This document shows, piece after piece, positions 36,684-46,859 of a stretch of 64,000 nt of DNA. Below the pieces are notes generated by a model. That model searched no databases, was not told the DNA's origin, and worked only from the letters and a program-made list of their open reading frames with translations. The DNA is from an uncultured Pseudomonadota bacterium. Lineage in GTDB: Bacteria; Pseudomonadota; Gammaproteobacteria; Burkholderiales; SG8-39. The translations under genes and the position numbers were made by a program. Within the stretch, counting starts at the first letter, position 1; each line of letters opens with the position of its first letter. The stretch covers positions 19,466-83,465 of the forward strand of contig CAWFPL010000001.1 of the NCBI GenBank assembly GCA_963817785.1, given 5' to 3'.

Positions 36684-38419
36684 GAGTGGCTCCATTTCAC
36701 GAGCGTCTGGTGGATCTCGTCGGGACGGAAAGGCAGGGGACCCGGGCGGCGAAAGCTCCGCACTTCGCCCGGCAAGTCGTACTCGGCACGAAGGTAGCGG
36801 TGGAACTGGCCCGAGAAGCTTTGCTCGACGACCAGCACGCGCTTCACGCCCTCGAGCGCCTTCTTCATCCGCTCGGGCTGCGCCGGCGAGAGCAGGCGCA
36901 GCGACACCAGCCGCGCCTTCACGCCTTCGGCGCGGGCGCGCGCGAAGGCTTCGCGCACGGGTGCCGTGCACGAGCCCCAGGTCACGACCGCGATGTCGCC
37001 CTCGCCCTCGAGGGTCGCCCAGTGCTCGGCGCAATCGAGGTCGGCGAGCTTGCGCTGGCGCTTTTCGAGTTGAGCCAGGTGGTCGCTCGGCTGCGAAGAT
37101 GGCGTACCGCGCTCGTTGTGTTCCAGTCCGTCGGCGGTGTAGCTGGTGCCCGGCGTGCCGGGGATCGCCATCGGCGAGACGCCCGATTCGGTGAGCGCGT
37201 AGCGCTTGTAGCCGTCGGCGTTCGGCTGCGCCACCAGCCGCGGCACGCGCGCCGGCGCGCGGTCCGGGCGGTCGATGATCGCGCGCGCCTGGCCGAAGTA
37301 CTGGTCGGACAGCACGATCGCTGGCACCTGCAGCGACTCGGCCAGGCTGACGGCCCACTGCGCGGTGGCGAGGCAGTCGGCCACCGAATTGGGCGCGACC
37401 ACGACGTGCGGCGCATCACCGTGCAGACCGTACATGGCGATGTTGAGATCGGCCTGCTCGGTCTTGGTGGCGATGCCCGTCGAAGGCCCGGTGCGCATCA
37501 CGTCGACCACCACGATCGGCAACTCGGCGGCCACGCCCAGGCCGAGCGCCTCGCTCATCAGGGCGAGCCCCGGACCCGAGGTCGCAGTGAGCGCGGGCAC
37601 CCCGCCGTAGGAGGCGCCGAGGATCATGCTGATCGAGGCCAGTTCGTCTTCGGCCTGCACTAGGGTGCCGCCGACCTTGGTCAGCGCCGGCGACATCCAC
37701 TCGAGCAGCTCGGTGGCCGGAGTGATCGGATATGCGGCGACGAAGCGCACGCCGCCGCGCAGCGCGCCCAGGCCGGCGGCTTCGTTGCCGCTGATCAGCC
37801 AGCGACCCGCGCCGCTGCGTGCCCCAGCCAGGCGCAATGCGCCGTCGACCTTGGCCGCCTCGGCGATGCCGAGCCTCACCGCGGCGAGCCCCGCGGCGAG
37901 CGCGTCGCCGCCTTTCTTCATTGCCTTTTGCACGGCGCGCTCGAGCGCGTCCGCGGGCAGCCCCATCAGGCCGCCGAGCACCCCCAGCGCCACCATATTC
38001 GGCCAGCCGCCGCTGACCTGCTTGGCGAGCGCCTTGAGCGGCAGCGGCACGTAGCGCGCGCCGCTGCGCGTGAACGCCTCGGGCGGTTCGCCCTGGGCCG
38101 GATCGCCGATTAACAGGCTCGCCGCGCCGAGCGGGATCTCGGAGGCGAAGCGGTTGACGTTCTGCCAGTCGATCGCGGCCAGCACGTGAAAGCGATCGTC
38201 CTGGCTGTCCGAGGCGAAGGTGGACACGCGCACCATCGCGGCCGCCTCGCCGCCGCGGATCTGCGGGCCGCTGGTGCGCGTCATCAGGCCGTAGTAGCCG
38301 GCCTGGGCGGCGGCCTCCAGCAGCATGTTGCCGGCGGTCATGACGCCTGCGCCGCCCGAGCCCGCCAGTGCCACCGATACGCTGTCGACCAAACCGTTCG
38401 TCAGTTTTGCGCCAGTCAC
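36680..38419 (-). CDS. korA: 2-oxoglutarate:ferredoxin oxidoreductase, alpha subunit
   Basis: GTG start at 38419 preceded by GGAGG (38430-38426). Pyruvate:ferredoxin-oxidoreductase-type domains (SGNEAAGLGALRGG..FVAAYPITPATE). Two-subunit KGOR as described for Thauera aromatica. Confidence 0.88.
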   Translation of the reverse strand: MTGAKLTNGLVDSVSVALAGSGGAGVMTAGNMLLEAAAQAGYYGLMTRTSGPQIRGGEAAAMVRVSTFASDSQDDRFHVLAAIDWQNVNRFASEIPLGAASLLIGDPAQGEPPEAFTRSGARYVPLPLKALAKQVSGGWPNMVALGVLGGLMGLPADALERAVQKAMKKGGDALAAGLAAVRLGIAEAAKVDGALRLAGARSGAGRWLISGNEAAGLGALRGGVRFVAAYPITPATELLEWMSPALTKVGGTLVQAEDELASISMILGASYGGVPALTATSGPGLALMSEALGLGVAAELPIVVVDVMRTGPSTGIATKTEQADLNIAMYGLHGDAPHVVVAPNSVADCLATAQWAVSLAESLQVPAIVLSDQYFGQARAIIDRPDRAPARVPRLVAQPNADGYKRYALTESGVSPMAIPGTPGTSYTADGLEHNERGTPSSQPSDHLAQLEKRQRKLADLDCAEHWATLEGEGDIAVVTWGSCTAPVREAFARARAEGVKARLVSLRLLSPAQPERMKKALEGVKRVLVVEQSFSGQFHRYLRAEYDLPGEVRSFRRPGPLPFRPDEIHQTLVKWSHS

Positions 38420-38493
38420 GTGCAACCTCCTTGCCGAAAATAAGCGCGCCGCAAGCCGCTGCCGGGATGCTCGCGCAACAAAGCGCAATTTTC

Positions 38494-38507
38494 TTGCGCT
38501 AAATCAA
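38494..38507. promoter_or_regulatory. FNR/CRP-family (AadR/AcpR-type) box candidate in the korA/had divergent region
   Basis: TTGCG-CTAA-ATCAA versus consensus TTGAT-N4-ATCAA (right half perfect, left half 3/5). It overlaps the inverted repeat GCGCAA-ttttc-TTGCGC (38483-38499). Confidence 0.35.
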
Positions 38508-38559
38508 ATTCCGCGCCGATCGCGGGTGGAAACTCGCTGCATCGAGGAGCCTTCAAGCG

Positions 38560-38588
38560 TTGACGCGGGATGAGTCCTCGGCTAAATT
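38560..38588 (+). promoter_or_regulatory. Candidate sigma-70 promoter for had-oah-dch-bcrCBAD-fdx
   Basis: TTGACG (38560-38565), 17-nt spacer, TAAATT (38583-38588). Lies ~67 nt upstream of the had ATG. Confidence 0.3.
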
Positions 38589-38654
38589 GGTAAAGCGGTA
38601 CTTGAATACCACAATAGGCGAAAACGAGGCGGCGCACAAGTGGAAGGAACCGAG

Positions 38655-39746
38655 ATGGCAGCTGCAATTCATGCGCAACGCTGGCTGATGACGGCGCCCA
38701 GGGCGCCCCTGGTCGTGGAGGCGTTCGACGCCGCGCCCGGGCCGGGCGAGGTGGCGGTCGCGATCGCCGGCTGCGGCGTGTGCCACACCGACCTGGGCTA
38801 CTTCTACGACGGGGTGCGTACCAATCACCCGCTGCCGCTCGCCCTGGGGCACGAGATTTCCGGACACGTCGCCGCCGCCGGCGCCGGGGCCGAGTCCTGG
38901 CTCGGGCAAGCGGTGATCGTGCCGGCGGTCCTGCCCTGCGGCGAGTGCGACCTGTGCAAGCGTGGCCTGGGCACCATCTGCCGCAAGCAGAAGATGCCGG
39001 GCAACGATATCCAGGGCGGCTTCGCCACCCACATCGTGGTCCCGGCGCGCGGGCTGTGCGCGGTGGACGAGAAGCGGCTCGGCGCGGCGGGGCTGGCGCT
39101 CGCCGAGGTGTCGGTCGTCGCCGATGCGCTCACCACGCCTTACCAGGCGGTGCGCCGTGCCGGGGTGACACCGGGCTCGCTGGCGGTCGTGATCGGCGCG
39201 GGCGGCGTGGGAGGCTACTGCGTGCAGGTCGCCAATGCCTTCGGCGCCAAGGTGGTCGCGATCGACGTCGACGAGCGCAAGCTGGAAGCGATGCGGCCCT
39301 ACGGCGCCGCGCTCACGCTCAACGCCAAGGCGCTCGACCAAAAGGCGCTCAAGGCGGCGGTCGCCGACTTCGCCAGGCAGAACGGTCTGCGCGCCACCGA
39401 GTGGTTCGTCTTCGAATGTTCGGGAAGCGCCGCCGGCCAGACCACGGCGTGGGGACTGCTGGTACACGGCGCCACACTCAGCGTGGTCGGCTTCACCATG
39501 GACAAGGTCGAAGTGCGACTGTCCAACCTGATGGCGTTCGACGCGCGCGCGCTCGGCAACTGGGGCTGCCCGCCCGAGCAGTATCCCGCGGCGCTCGAGC
39601 TGGTGCTCGAGGGCAAGGTGAAGGTCAAGCCCTTCGTCGAGCCCCTGCCGCTCAAAGACATCAACCGCGTCTTCGAGGCGGTGCACCGCCACGAACTCTC
39701 GAAGCGCGCGGTGCTGGTTCCAGAAGGGGGTGCGGGGGTAAGGTGA
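38655..39746 (+). CDS. had: 6-hydroxycyclohex-1-ene-1-carbonyl-CoA dehydrogenase (Zn-dependent MDR family)
   Basis: MDR zinc motifs [15 protein letters not shown], and the structural [18 protein letters not shown] at 38655 behind GGAAGGA. Function assigned from its position in a had-oah-dch-bcr block like that of T. aromatica. Confidence 0.72.
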   Translation: MAAAIHAQRWLMTAPRAPLVVEAFDAAPGPGEVAVAIAGCGVCHTDLGYFYDGVRTNHPLPLALGHEISGHVAAAGAGAESWLGQAVIVPAVLPCGECDLCKRGLGTICRKQKMPGNDIQGGFATHIVVPARGLCAVDEKRLGAAGLALAEVSVVADALTTPYQAVRRAGVTPGSLAVVIGAGGVGGYCVQVANAFGAKVVAIDVDERKLEAMRPYGAALTLNAKALDQKALKAAVADFARQNGLRATEWFVFECSGSAAGQTTAWGLLVHGATLSVVGFTMDKVEVRLSNLMAFDARALGNWGCPPEQYPAALELVLEGKVKVKPFVEPLPLKDINRVFEAVHRHELSKRAVLVPEGGAGVR

Positions 39747-39777
39747 TTCTCACCCCCGCGTAACTAGGAGACATGCA

Positions 39778-40887
39778 ATGGAAGCGAAAGCGCACGCGCT
39801 GAAAAATCACGACCTGGCCGAGATCAGCGTCCCCGGCGTGAGAGTCGAGAAGCGGCCGGCGAAGAGCCCGGACGGAAAGACCGCGGCCGACCTGTACAAC
39901 GCCTGGATCTGGCTCGACAACCCGCAGCAGTTCAATTCCTACACCACCGAGATGGTGAAGGCGTTGATCCTCGCCTTCCGCGCCGCCTCGAACGCGCGCG
40001 ACGTGAACTGCGTGGTGTTCACCGGCACGGGCGACAAGGCCTTCTGCACCGGCGGCAACACCAAGGAATACGCCGAGTACTACGCCGGACACCCGCTCGA
40101 GTACCGCCAGTACATGCGCCTGTTCAACGACATGGTTTCGGCAATCCTGGCCTGCGACAAGCCGGTGATCTGCCGCGTCAACGGCATGCGCGTCGGCGGC
40201 GGGCAGGAGATCGGCATGGCCTGCGACTTCACCGTCGCGCAGGACCTGGCGCGCTTCGGCCAGGCCGGCCCCAAGCACGGTTCGGCGCCGATCGGCGGCG
40301 CGACCGACTTCCTGCCGGTAATCATCGGCGCCGAGCGTGCCATGGTGGCGGGCGTGCTGTGCGAGCCGTTCTCGGCGCACAAGGCCTACCAGTGGGGCAT
40401 GATCAGCGACGTCGTTCCCGCGCTCAAGGTGGATGGCAGGTTCGTGCCCAACCCGCTGGTCGAGACCGGCCGCATGGTTGACGACTACGGGCGCATGGTC
40501 TTCGGCGAGCCGAAGACCGGCGATGCGCTCAAGGCGGGCAAGGAACTGATGGCGAAGGGCACGGTCGACCTGTCGCTGCTCGACGCCAGGGTCGAGGAGC
40601 TGTGCGCCAAGCTGCTGCTCACCTTCCCCGACTGCACCACCAAGACCCTCGAGGAGCTGAGAAAGCCCAAGCTTGAGGCCTGGAACCGCAACAAGGAAGA
40701 CGCGCGCGCCTGGCTCGCGCTCAACATGGTCACCGAGGCGCGCGCCGGCTTCACCGCGTTCAACGCCGGCACCAAGGACGACCGCGAAATCGACTTTGTG
40801 GCGCTCAGGCGGGCGCTGGCGCGCGGCGAAGGCTGGGTCGGGCCGCTGCACGATTCGATCCAGCCCAAGGCCAAGCGCAAGGACTGA
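39778..40887 (+). CDS. oah: 6-oxocyclohex-1-ene-1-carbonyl-CoA hydrolase (ring-opening; BamA/Oah type crotonase)
   Basis: 369 aa, unusually long for a crotonase-fold protein. VFTGTGDKAFCTGGN, RVNGMRVGGGQEIGMACDF. Length and context fit Oah. Confidence 0.78.
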   Translation: MEAKAHALKNHDLAEISVPGVRVEKRPAKSPDGKTAADLYNAWIWLDNPQQFNSYTTEMVKALILAFRAASNARDVNCVVFTGTGDKAFCTGGNTKEYAEYYAGHPLEYRQYMRLFNDMVSAILACDKPVICRVNGMRVGGGQEIGMACDFTVAQDLARFGQAGPKHGSAPIGGATDFLPVIIGAERAMVAGVLCEPFSAHKAYQWGMISDVVPALKVDGRFVPNPLVETGRMVDDYGRMVFGEPKTGDALKAGKELMAKGTVDLSLLDARVEELCAKLLLTFPDCTTKTLEELRKPKLEAWNRNKEDARAWLALNMVTEARAGFTAFNAGTKDDREIDFVALRRALARGEGWVGPLHDSIQPKAKRKD

Positions 40888-40891
40888 CCCC

Positions 40892-41665
40892 GTGCCCGAG
40901 AGCCCTCCCCTCAAGGCCTGGCTGGAGCGCGACGGCGCACTGCTGCGGCTGCGCCTGGCGCGCCCCAAGGCCAACATCGTCGACGCGGCAATGATCGCCG
41001 CGCTCGAGCGCGCGTTCGCCGAGCACGCGGGCGGCGCCCGTCTGCGCGGCGCGCTGATCGACCACGAGGGGCCGCACTTTTCCTTCGGCGCGAGCGTCGA
41101 GGAGCACCTGCCGGGGCAGTGCGCGGCGATGCTCAAGGGCCTGCATGCGCTGCTGCTGCGCATGCTCGAGTGGCCGGCCCCGATCCTGGTGGCGATCCGC
41201 GGCCAGTGCCTCGGCGGCGGGCTCGAGCTCGCGAGCGCCGGCAGCCTGCTGTTCGCGGCGCCCGACGCCCAGTTCGGCCAGCCCGAGCTGAAGCTCGCGG
41301 TGTTCGCCCCGGCCGCGTCGGTGCTGCTGCCGGCGCGCATCGGCCAGGCACGCGCCGAGGACCTGCTGTTTTCCGGGCGCTCGATCGACGCGGCCACGGC
41401 GCTCGCCTGGGGGCTGGTCGGAGAGCTCGCTGCGGATCCGGCCGCCGCCGCGCTGGCCTATTTCGATGCCCAGCTCGCCACCAAGAGCGCCAGCTCGCTC
41501 GGTTACGCGCTGCGCGCCGTGCGCGCGCCGCTCGTCGGGCAGGCGAAGCGCCGCTTCGCCGAGGTCGAGGCGCTGTACCTCGAGGGACTGATGCACACGC
41601 GCGATGCCGTCGAGGGGCTGCAGGCCTTTCTCGACAAGCGCCCACCGCAGTGGCAGCACCGCTAG
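40892..41665 (+). CDS. dch: Cyclohexa-1,5-diene-1-carbonyl-CoA hydratase (crotonase family)
   Basis: GTG at 40892, in frame with track ORF 40673..41665. 257 aa. ARPKANIVD, GPHFSFGASVEEH, IRGQCLGGGLELA. Assignment by family plus context. Confidence 0.68.
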   Translation: MPESPPLKAWLERDGALLRLRLARPKANIVDAAMIAALERAFAEHAGGARLRGALIDHEGPHFSFGASVEEHLPGQCAAMLKGLHALLLRMLEWPAPILVAIRGQCLGGGLELASAGSLLFAAPDAQFGQPELKLAVFAPAASVLLPARIGQARAEDLLFSGRSIDAATALAWGLVGELAADPAAAALAYFDAQLATKSASSLGYALRAVRAPLVGQAKRRFAEVEALYLEGLMHTRDAVEGLQAFLDKRPPQWQHR

Positions 41666-41681
41666 AAGGAGGAACCGGCAC

Positions 41682-42848
41682 ATGAGCGTCGAAAAGATCG
41701 TGGAGCGCTGCGAAGCGCTGTTCGAGGACCTGCAGTTCAACGCGGTCAAGGAATGGAAGGCGGCCGTCCCGGGGCGCAAGGCGATCGGCTACATGCCGAT
41801 CTACGTGCCGCGCGAGATCGTGCACGCCGCGGGCATGCTGCCGGTGGGCATCTTCGGCGGCGGCGACCAGATGGAGGTGATCCAGGGCGACGCGTACTAC
41901 CAGAGCTACATCTGCCGCATCCCGCGCTCGACCCTCGAGCTCGGCCTGACCGGGCGGCTCGACTGCCTCGACGGCATGCTGTTTCCCTCGATCTGCGACG
42001 TGATCCGCAACCTCTCCGGCATGTGGCAGATCCTGTTCAAGGACAAGTACGTCAAGTACTTCGACGTGCCGCAGAACTACGACGACTCGATCGGCGGCGA
42101 GTTCTACGTGCGCGAGATGCAGGTGCTGCGCGAGGACCTCGGCAAGCTGCGCGGCAAGCCGATCACCGACGACGAGCTGCGCACCTCCATCGCGGTGTAC
42201 AACGAAAACCGCCGCGCCATCGGGGAGCTGTACGCCTACCGCGCGAAAAAGCCGTGGCAGGCGCCCACCTCGGAGGTCTACCTGGTGCTGCGCGCCGGAT
42301 GCGTGCTGCCGCCGGAGGAGCACACCCGGTTGGTGCGCGAATACATCGCGGCGGCCGACGCCGCGAAGCGCGCGCCGCGCGACAACGCGCGCATCGTTCT
42401 GACCGGCGCGTTCTGCGAGCAGCCGCCGCTCAGCCTCATCAAGTCGATCGAGATGGCCGGCTGCTACATCGTGGACGACGACTTCATGCTCGTCATGCGC
42501 TGGCTGCTCGACGACGTGCCGGCCGCCGGCGATCCGCTGACCGAGCTGTCGAAGGCGTTCCTACACCGCTCGGCGTCGACCTCGTCCAAGTACGACGAGC
42601 ACAAGGCCGACAAGGGACAGTTCCTGCTCAAGCAGGTCAAGACCAACGCGGGCGAAGGGGTGATTTTCGCCGCGCCGTCGTTCTGCGATCCGGCGCTGCT
42701 CGAGCGCCCGATGCTGCAGGAGGTGCTCGCCAGGTACAAGGTTCCCTACACCGCCTTCAAGTACGCGGAGAACACCGGCCAGATGGCGCCGATCCGCGAG
42801 CAGGCCGGCACTTTCGCCGATTCGATCAAACTCTGGAGCGCTGCGTGA
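41682..42848 (+). CDS. bcrC: Benzoyl-CoA reductase subunit C (class I, Thauera type)
   Basis: ATG at 41682 behind AAGGAGGA. 388 aa, 2-hydroxyglutaryl-CoA dehydratase D-component fold (KAIGYMPIYVPREIVHAAGMLP..). bcrC-B-A-D order. Confidence 0.87.
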   Translation: MSVEKIVERCEALFEDLQFNAVKEWKAAVPGRKAIGYMPIYVPREIVHAAGMLPVGIFGGGDQMEVIQGDAYYQSYICRIPRSTLELGLTGRLDCLDGMLFPSICDVIRNLSGMWQILFKDKYVKYFDVPQNYDDSIGGEFYVREMQVLREDLGKLRGKPITDDELRTSIAVYNENRRAIGELYAYRAKKPWQAPTSEVYLVLRAGCVLPPEEHTRLVREYIAAADAAKRAPRDNARIVLTGAFCEQPPLSLIKSIEMAGCYIVDDDFMLVMRWLLDDVPAAGDPLTELSKAFLHRSASTSSKYDEHKADKGQFLLKQVKTNAGEGVIFAAPSFCDPALLERPMLQEVLARYKVPYTAFKYAENTGQMAPIREQAGTFADSIKLWSAA

Positions 42849-44167
42849 TGAGCACCCCCACGATGCAACCCCAAGTCAGCCCCAAGGCCAAGCCCGTGGT
42901 CCAGAAAGAGGACGCGATGTGGCTGCAGAAGGAGCTGATCAACGGCAACTACCACGAGCTCGCGAATTCGCGCCAGCTGGGCAAGAAGGTCTCCGCCACC
43001 TTCGTGCCGGGCAACCTGAACGAGCTGCTGATGTGCTTCGACTTCGCCCGCAGCCTGCCCGAGACCAACGCGCTGCAGAGCGGCATGCGCAAGAAATCCG
43101 GCAAGTTCATCATGGACGCCGAGCGCGACGGCCATTCCGAGGACGTGTGCACCTACGTGAAGACCGATCTCGGCATGATGCTGCAGGGCCAGGTCGGGCC
43201 GACCGGCGAACCCCTGCCTACGCCCGACGTGCTGCTGCTTTCCTACACCGGTTGCTTCACCTTCATGAAGTGGTTCGAGCTGGTGCGCCAGAAGTACGAC
43301 TGCGAGACGGTGATGCTGCACGTGCCCTACCAGGGAGACGGCCACATCTCGACGAGCATGCGCGATTACGTGGTCAAGCAGATCAAGGAGAAGGTGATCC
43401 CGACGCTGGAGAAGGTCTCGGGCGTGAAGTTCGACATCGACCGGCTGCGCCAGTACATGAAGGAGTCGGCGAAGGCGGAGGACGACCTGGTCTGGACGCT
43501 GCAATCGGCCAAGCACAGGCCCTCGCCGATCGACGGCTACTTCGGCGCGGTGTACTACATCGGCCCGATCTTCACCGCGTTCCGCGGCACGCCCGCGGCG
43601 ACCCAGTACTACCAGGTGCTGCGCGGCGAGATCGAGCAGCGCATCCGCGAGGGCAAGGGACCGATCACTCCGGAAGGCGAAATGGCGGAGGAGAAATACC
43701 GGCTGGTGGTCGAAGGTCCGCCCAACTGGACCAGCTTCCGCGACTTCTGGAAGATGTTCTACGACGAGGGCGCGGTGGTGGTGGCCTCGACCTACGCGAA
43801 GGTCGGCGGCGTGTACGACTTCGGCTTCCGCCACGACCCCGACCACCCGATCGAGTCGCTCGCCGAGTACTGCCTGGGCTGCTACACCAACCTCAATTTC
43901 CCGCAGCGCATCGACATGATCTGCAAGTACATGGACGAGTACCAGGCCGACGGCCTGCTGATCAACTCGATCAAGAGCTGCAACAGCTTCTCGGCGGGGC
44001 AGCTGCTGATCCTGCGCGAGGTTGAGAAGCGCACCGGCAAGCCGGCGGCGTTCATCGAGTCGGACCTGGTGGACCCGCGCTACTTCTCCGCCGCCAACAT
44101 CAAGAACCGGCTCGAGAGCTACTTCCAGATGATCAAGCAGAAGCGCGCCGCCGGCGCCATGCACTGA
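42848..44167 (+). CDS. bcrB: Benzoyl-CoA reductase subunit B
   Basis: The ATG overlaps the bcrC stop (GTGATG). 439 aa, HgdB/BcrB-like ([35 protein letters not shown]). Confidence 0.87.
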   Translation: MSTPTMQPQVSPKAKPVVQKEDAMWLQKELINGNYHELANSRQLGKKVSATFVPGNLNELLMCFDFARSLPETNALQSGMRKKSGKFIMDAERDGHSEDVCTYVKTDLGMMLQGQVGPTGEPLPTPDVLLLSYTGCFTFMKWFELVRQKYDCETVMLHVPYQGDGHISTSMRDYVVKQIKEKVIPTLEKVSGVKFDIDRLRQYMKESAKAEDDLVWTLQSAKHRPSPIDGYFGAVYYIGPIFTAFRGTPAATQYYQVLRGEIEQRIREGKGPITPEGEMAEEKYRLVVEGPPNWTSFRDFWKMFYDEGAVVVASTYAKVGGVYDFGFRHDPDHPIESLAEYCLGCYTNLNFPQRIDMICKYMDEYQADGLLINSIKSCNSFSAGQLLILREVEKRTGKPAAFIESDLVDPRYFSAANIKNRLESYFQMIKQKRAAGAMH

Positions 44168-44178
44168 GGAGAATGCAC

Positions 44179-45519
44179 ATGCGCTGCTTCATCGGCATAG
44201 ACCTCGGCTCCACCACCACCAAGGCGGTGGTGATGGACGAGCAGCAGAACGTGCTCGGGCGCGGCATCACCAACTCGCGCTCGAACTACGACACGGCGGC
44301 GGCGATCGCCAAGCAGGAAGCGCTGGTCAACGCGCGCTTCCACCTGTTCCGCGAGGCGCTGTCCCGATCGGGTGCGCTCAACGGCCGGCTCGAGGACTTC
44401 CTCGGGCAGCTCGAACGCGACTTCCGGCTCGAGCAGTTCCTCGAGCAGCTGGCCGACCTCGAGGCCACCTGCCGGCGCAACGCCGAGGGCGCGCGCTTCG
44501 GCGATGCCGCGGCCGGAGTGCTGTCTGCGCTCGGCGAGGTGTTCCGGCGGCTGCAGCTCGAGGCGCCCGCGCTGTTCGCGCCGGGCGCGAAGCGCAAGTC
44601 GGACTTCTTCCGCGACATCGCCGGCAGCCGCTACCTCGCGGTGGGCGAGGCGGTTGCCAAGGATGCCGGGGTGCGCTACGACATGCTGCTCAACGTCTTC
44701 GACCGCTCGATCATCGAGGTCGAGAACCGCGTCTACGGGGACTCGATCAAGCCCCACCTGCTGGCGGCGCTCAAGCGCACCTTCGCGGCGCAGCCGGAAA
44801 CCGCGAGCCGCGGCGACGCGGTCAGGGCGCCGATCCAGGGCGTGCTCGACACGGCGCTCGACGAGACTTACGTCGTCGGCACCGGCTACGGCCGCGCGCG
44901 GCTGCCGTTTTCCAAGGAGCACATCCGCTCGGAGATCCTGTGCCACGGCCTGGGCGCGCACGTGATGTACCCGCGCACCGCCACGGTGCTCGACATCGGC
45001 GGCCAGGACACCAAGGCGATCCAGGTCGATCCCAACGGCATCGTCGAGAGCTTCCAGATGAACGACCGCTGCGCCGCGGGCTGCGGGCGCTACCTGGGCT
45101 ACATCGCCGACGAGATGAACATGGGCCTGCACGAGCTGGGGCCGCTGGCGATGAAGGCCACCAAGACCGTGCGCATCAATTCGACCTGCACGGTGTTCGC
45201 CGGCGCCGAGCTGCGCGACCGGCTGTCGCTCGGCGAGAAGCGCGAGGACATCATGGCGGGGCTGCACCGCGCCATCATCCTGCGCGCGATGTCGATCCTG
45301 GCGCGCTCCGGCGGCATCCGGGACCAGTTCACCTTCACCGGCGGCGTGGCCAAGAACGAGGCCGCGGTGAAGGCGCTCATGGAGCTGGTCAAGGAGAACT
45401 ACGGCGAGGTGACGCTCAATATCAACCCCGACTCGATCTACACCGGCGCGCTCGGCGGCGCGACCTTCGCCTGGCGCGCGGTGGTCGAGGAAGGCAAGAC
45501 CGTGGAGGCGCGGCAATGA
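44179..45519 (+). CDS. bcrA: Benzoyl-CoA reductase subunit A (ATPase, BadF/BadG/BcrA/BcrD type)
   Basis: [18 protein letters not shown]. The second ATG (44179) has proper spacing from GAGGAGA. ASKHA fold, with Cys in [11 protein letters not shown]. Confidence 0.9.
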   Translation: MRCFIGIDLGSTTTKAVVMDEQQNVLGRGITNSRSNYDTAAAIAKQEALVNARFHLFREALSRSGALNGRLEDFLGQLERDFRLEQFLEQLADLEATCRRNAEGARFGDAAAGVLSALGEVFRRLQLEAPALFAPGAKRKSDFFRDIAGSRYLAVGEAVAKDAGVRYDMLLNVFDRSIIEVENRVYGDSIKPHLLAALKRTFAAQPETASRGDAVRAPIQGVLDTALDETYVVGTGYGRARLPFSKEHIRSEILCHGLGAHVMYPRTATVLDIGGQDTKAIQVDPNGIVESFQMNDRCAAGCGRYLGYIADEMNMGLHELGPLAMKATKTVRINSTCTVFAGAELRDRLSLGEKREDIMAGLHRAIILRAMSILARSGGIRDQFTFTGGVAKNEAAVKALMELVKENYGEVTLNINPDSIYTGALGGATFAWRAVVEEGKTVEARQ

Positions 45520-46370
45520 TCCACACCATCGGCATCGACATCGGCTCCGGCGTCGTCAAGACGACGCTGTTCAGGACCGACGCGGCGGGGGCGGGCGGCA
45601 AGAGCGAATGGCTCGCCAGGCGCTGCGAGCGCATCCGCCGGCGCGACAACATGCAGCTCGCCCAGGCCGGCTACGACGAGGTGCTGGAAGAAGCGCGCCT
45701 CAAGCCCGGCGACGTGGACTACGTGGCCACCACGGGCGAAGGCGAGAACGTGAAATTCGCCACCGGGCACTTCTACTCGATGACCACGCACGCGCGCGGC
45801 GGCGTGTTCCTGCGGCCCGATGCGCGCGCGGTGGTCGATATCGGCGCGCTCAACGGGCGCGCCATCTACGTCGACGAACGCGGCAAGGTGCTGTCCTACA
45901 AGATGACCAGCCAGTGCGCCTCCGGCTCGGGCCAGTTCCTCGAGAACATCGCGCGCTACCTCGGCGTCGCGGTCGAGGAGATCGGCACGCTGTCGAAGGC
46001 CGCCAAGACGCCGGAGAAAATCAGCTCGATCTGCGCGGTGCTGGCCGAGACCGACGTCATCAACATGGTGTCGCGCGGCATTCCCACGCCGGACATCCTG
46101 AAGGGCATCCACATCTCGATGGCCTCGCGCCTGGTGAAGCTGCTCAAGGTCACCGGCATCAAGAGCGGCACGGTGCTGCTCACCGGCGGCCTGGCGCTCG
46201 ACGCCGGCCTGCTCGCCGCGCTGCGCGAAGAGCTGGTCAACGAGAAGATCACCGGGCTCGACACGGTCAACCACCCCGACTCGATCTACGCCGGCGCGAT
46301 CGGCGCCGCGCTGTGGGGCGCCTTCCGCCACGACAAGCTGAAGGCGATGCAGGAGAGGGCGGCGGCCTGA
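45516..46370 (+). CDS. bcrD: Benzoyl-CoA reductase subunit D (ATPase)
   Basis: ATGA overlap with bcr[29 protein letters not shown]. 284 aa. Confidence 0.9.
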   Translation: MIHTIGIDIGSGVVKTTLFRTDAAGAGGKSEWLARRCERIRRRDNMQLAQAGYDEVLEEARLKPGDVDYVATTGEGENVKFATGHFYSMTTHARGGVFLRPDARAVVDIGALNGRAIYVDERGKVLSYKMTSQCASGSGQFLENIARYLGVAVEEIGTLSKAAKTPEKISSICAVLAETDVINMVSRGIPTPDILKGIHISMASRLVKLLKVTGIKSGTVLLTGGLALDAGLLAALREELVNEKITGLDTVNHPDSIYAGAIGAALWGAFRHDKLKAMQERAAA

Positions 46371-46389
46371 AACCTTACGGAGATTCGAA

Positions 46390-46635
46390 ATGGCACTCTT
46401 GATCAACGACAACTGCACCGCCTGCGACGCCTGCAAGCCGGTGTGCCCGAACGAAGCGATCAGCGTCGGCGATCCGATCTACGTGATCGATCCGCTGAAG
46501 TGCACAGAGTGCGTGGGGGCCGAAGACGAGCCGCAGTGCAAGCTGGTGTGCCCCGCGGACTGCATCGTGCAGAACCCGGACTACGCGGAGACGCCCGAGC
46601 AGCTGCTGGAGAAGTACAACAGTCTGCACGGGTAG
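46390..46635 (+). CDS. fdx: 2[4Fe-4S] ferredoxin, electron donor of benzoyl-CoA reductase (Allochromatium/Thauera type)
   Basis: 81 aa. CTACDACKPVCP plus CTECVGAEDEPQCKLVCP (second cluster motif with the characteristic insertion). Immediately downstream of bcrD. Confidence 0.85.
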   Translation: MALLINDNCTACDACKPVCPNEAISVGDPIYVIDPLKCTECVGAEDEPQCKLVCPADCIVQNPDYAETPEQLLEKYNSLHG

Positions 46636-46654
46636 CCGTTAGCTCCTTTTTCTC

Positions 46655-46676
46655 AGCCCCGTCGCTCAGGGGCTTT
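46655..46676 (+). terminator. Weak hairpin after fdx
   Basis: AGCCCC-gtcgctca-GGGGCT followed only by TT. Possible end of the bcr transcript, but poor as an intrinsic terminator. Confidence 0.3.
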
Positions 46677-46859
46677 GCCCGGATCGATACCCCAGGCAGA
46701 ATTGGCCTGGAATGCGGCCTGGAAACGCCAAGCACGGTGTAACTGCCATCGGCGTGTATTGCCGCAGGGCGACCGCATCTTGTGGCGGTACACCGGTTGT
46801 TCGGCGCTTTGCTGTTCGAACTGTCCTAACCAGGTAGGTCGCCCCTGAGGTCGGCGCTC

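Noticed and set aside
35851-37358. Apparent long fusions 35275..36618 and 35847..37358 on the minus strand
   Set aside because: Each is a real gene (the diiron protein and korB) preceded by an out-of-frame read-through of the upstream gene. The real starts are the ATGs at 35850 and 36683, which overlap the upstream stop codons.
38420-38488. N-terminal extensions proposed by the track for korA (to 38488). Similar cases: glmU (31665), pilN (18257), pilQ (20031), cytochrome c4 (1400), livK-type gene (60909), tandem GNAT (49739), paaK (51791)
   Set aside because: The extensions lack homology-like sequence, often overlap the upstream gene, and internal starts have Shine-Dalgarno sequences or conserved family N-termini.
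46702-46848. 48-codon Cys-rich ORF (…CNCHRRVLPQGDRILWRYTGCSALCCSNCPNQ…) in the fdx-kinase spacer, in the same frame as fdx
   Set aside because: It has a TTG start, no RBS and no recognisable family. It is most likely chance. It is kept only as a note because it lies upstream of the HipA-like module, where an antitoxin or regulator might be expected.
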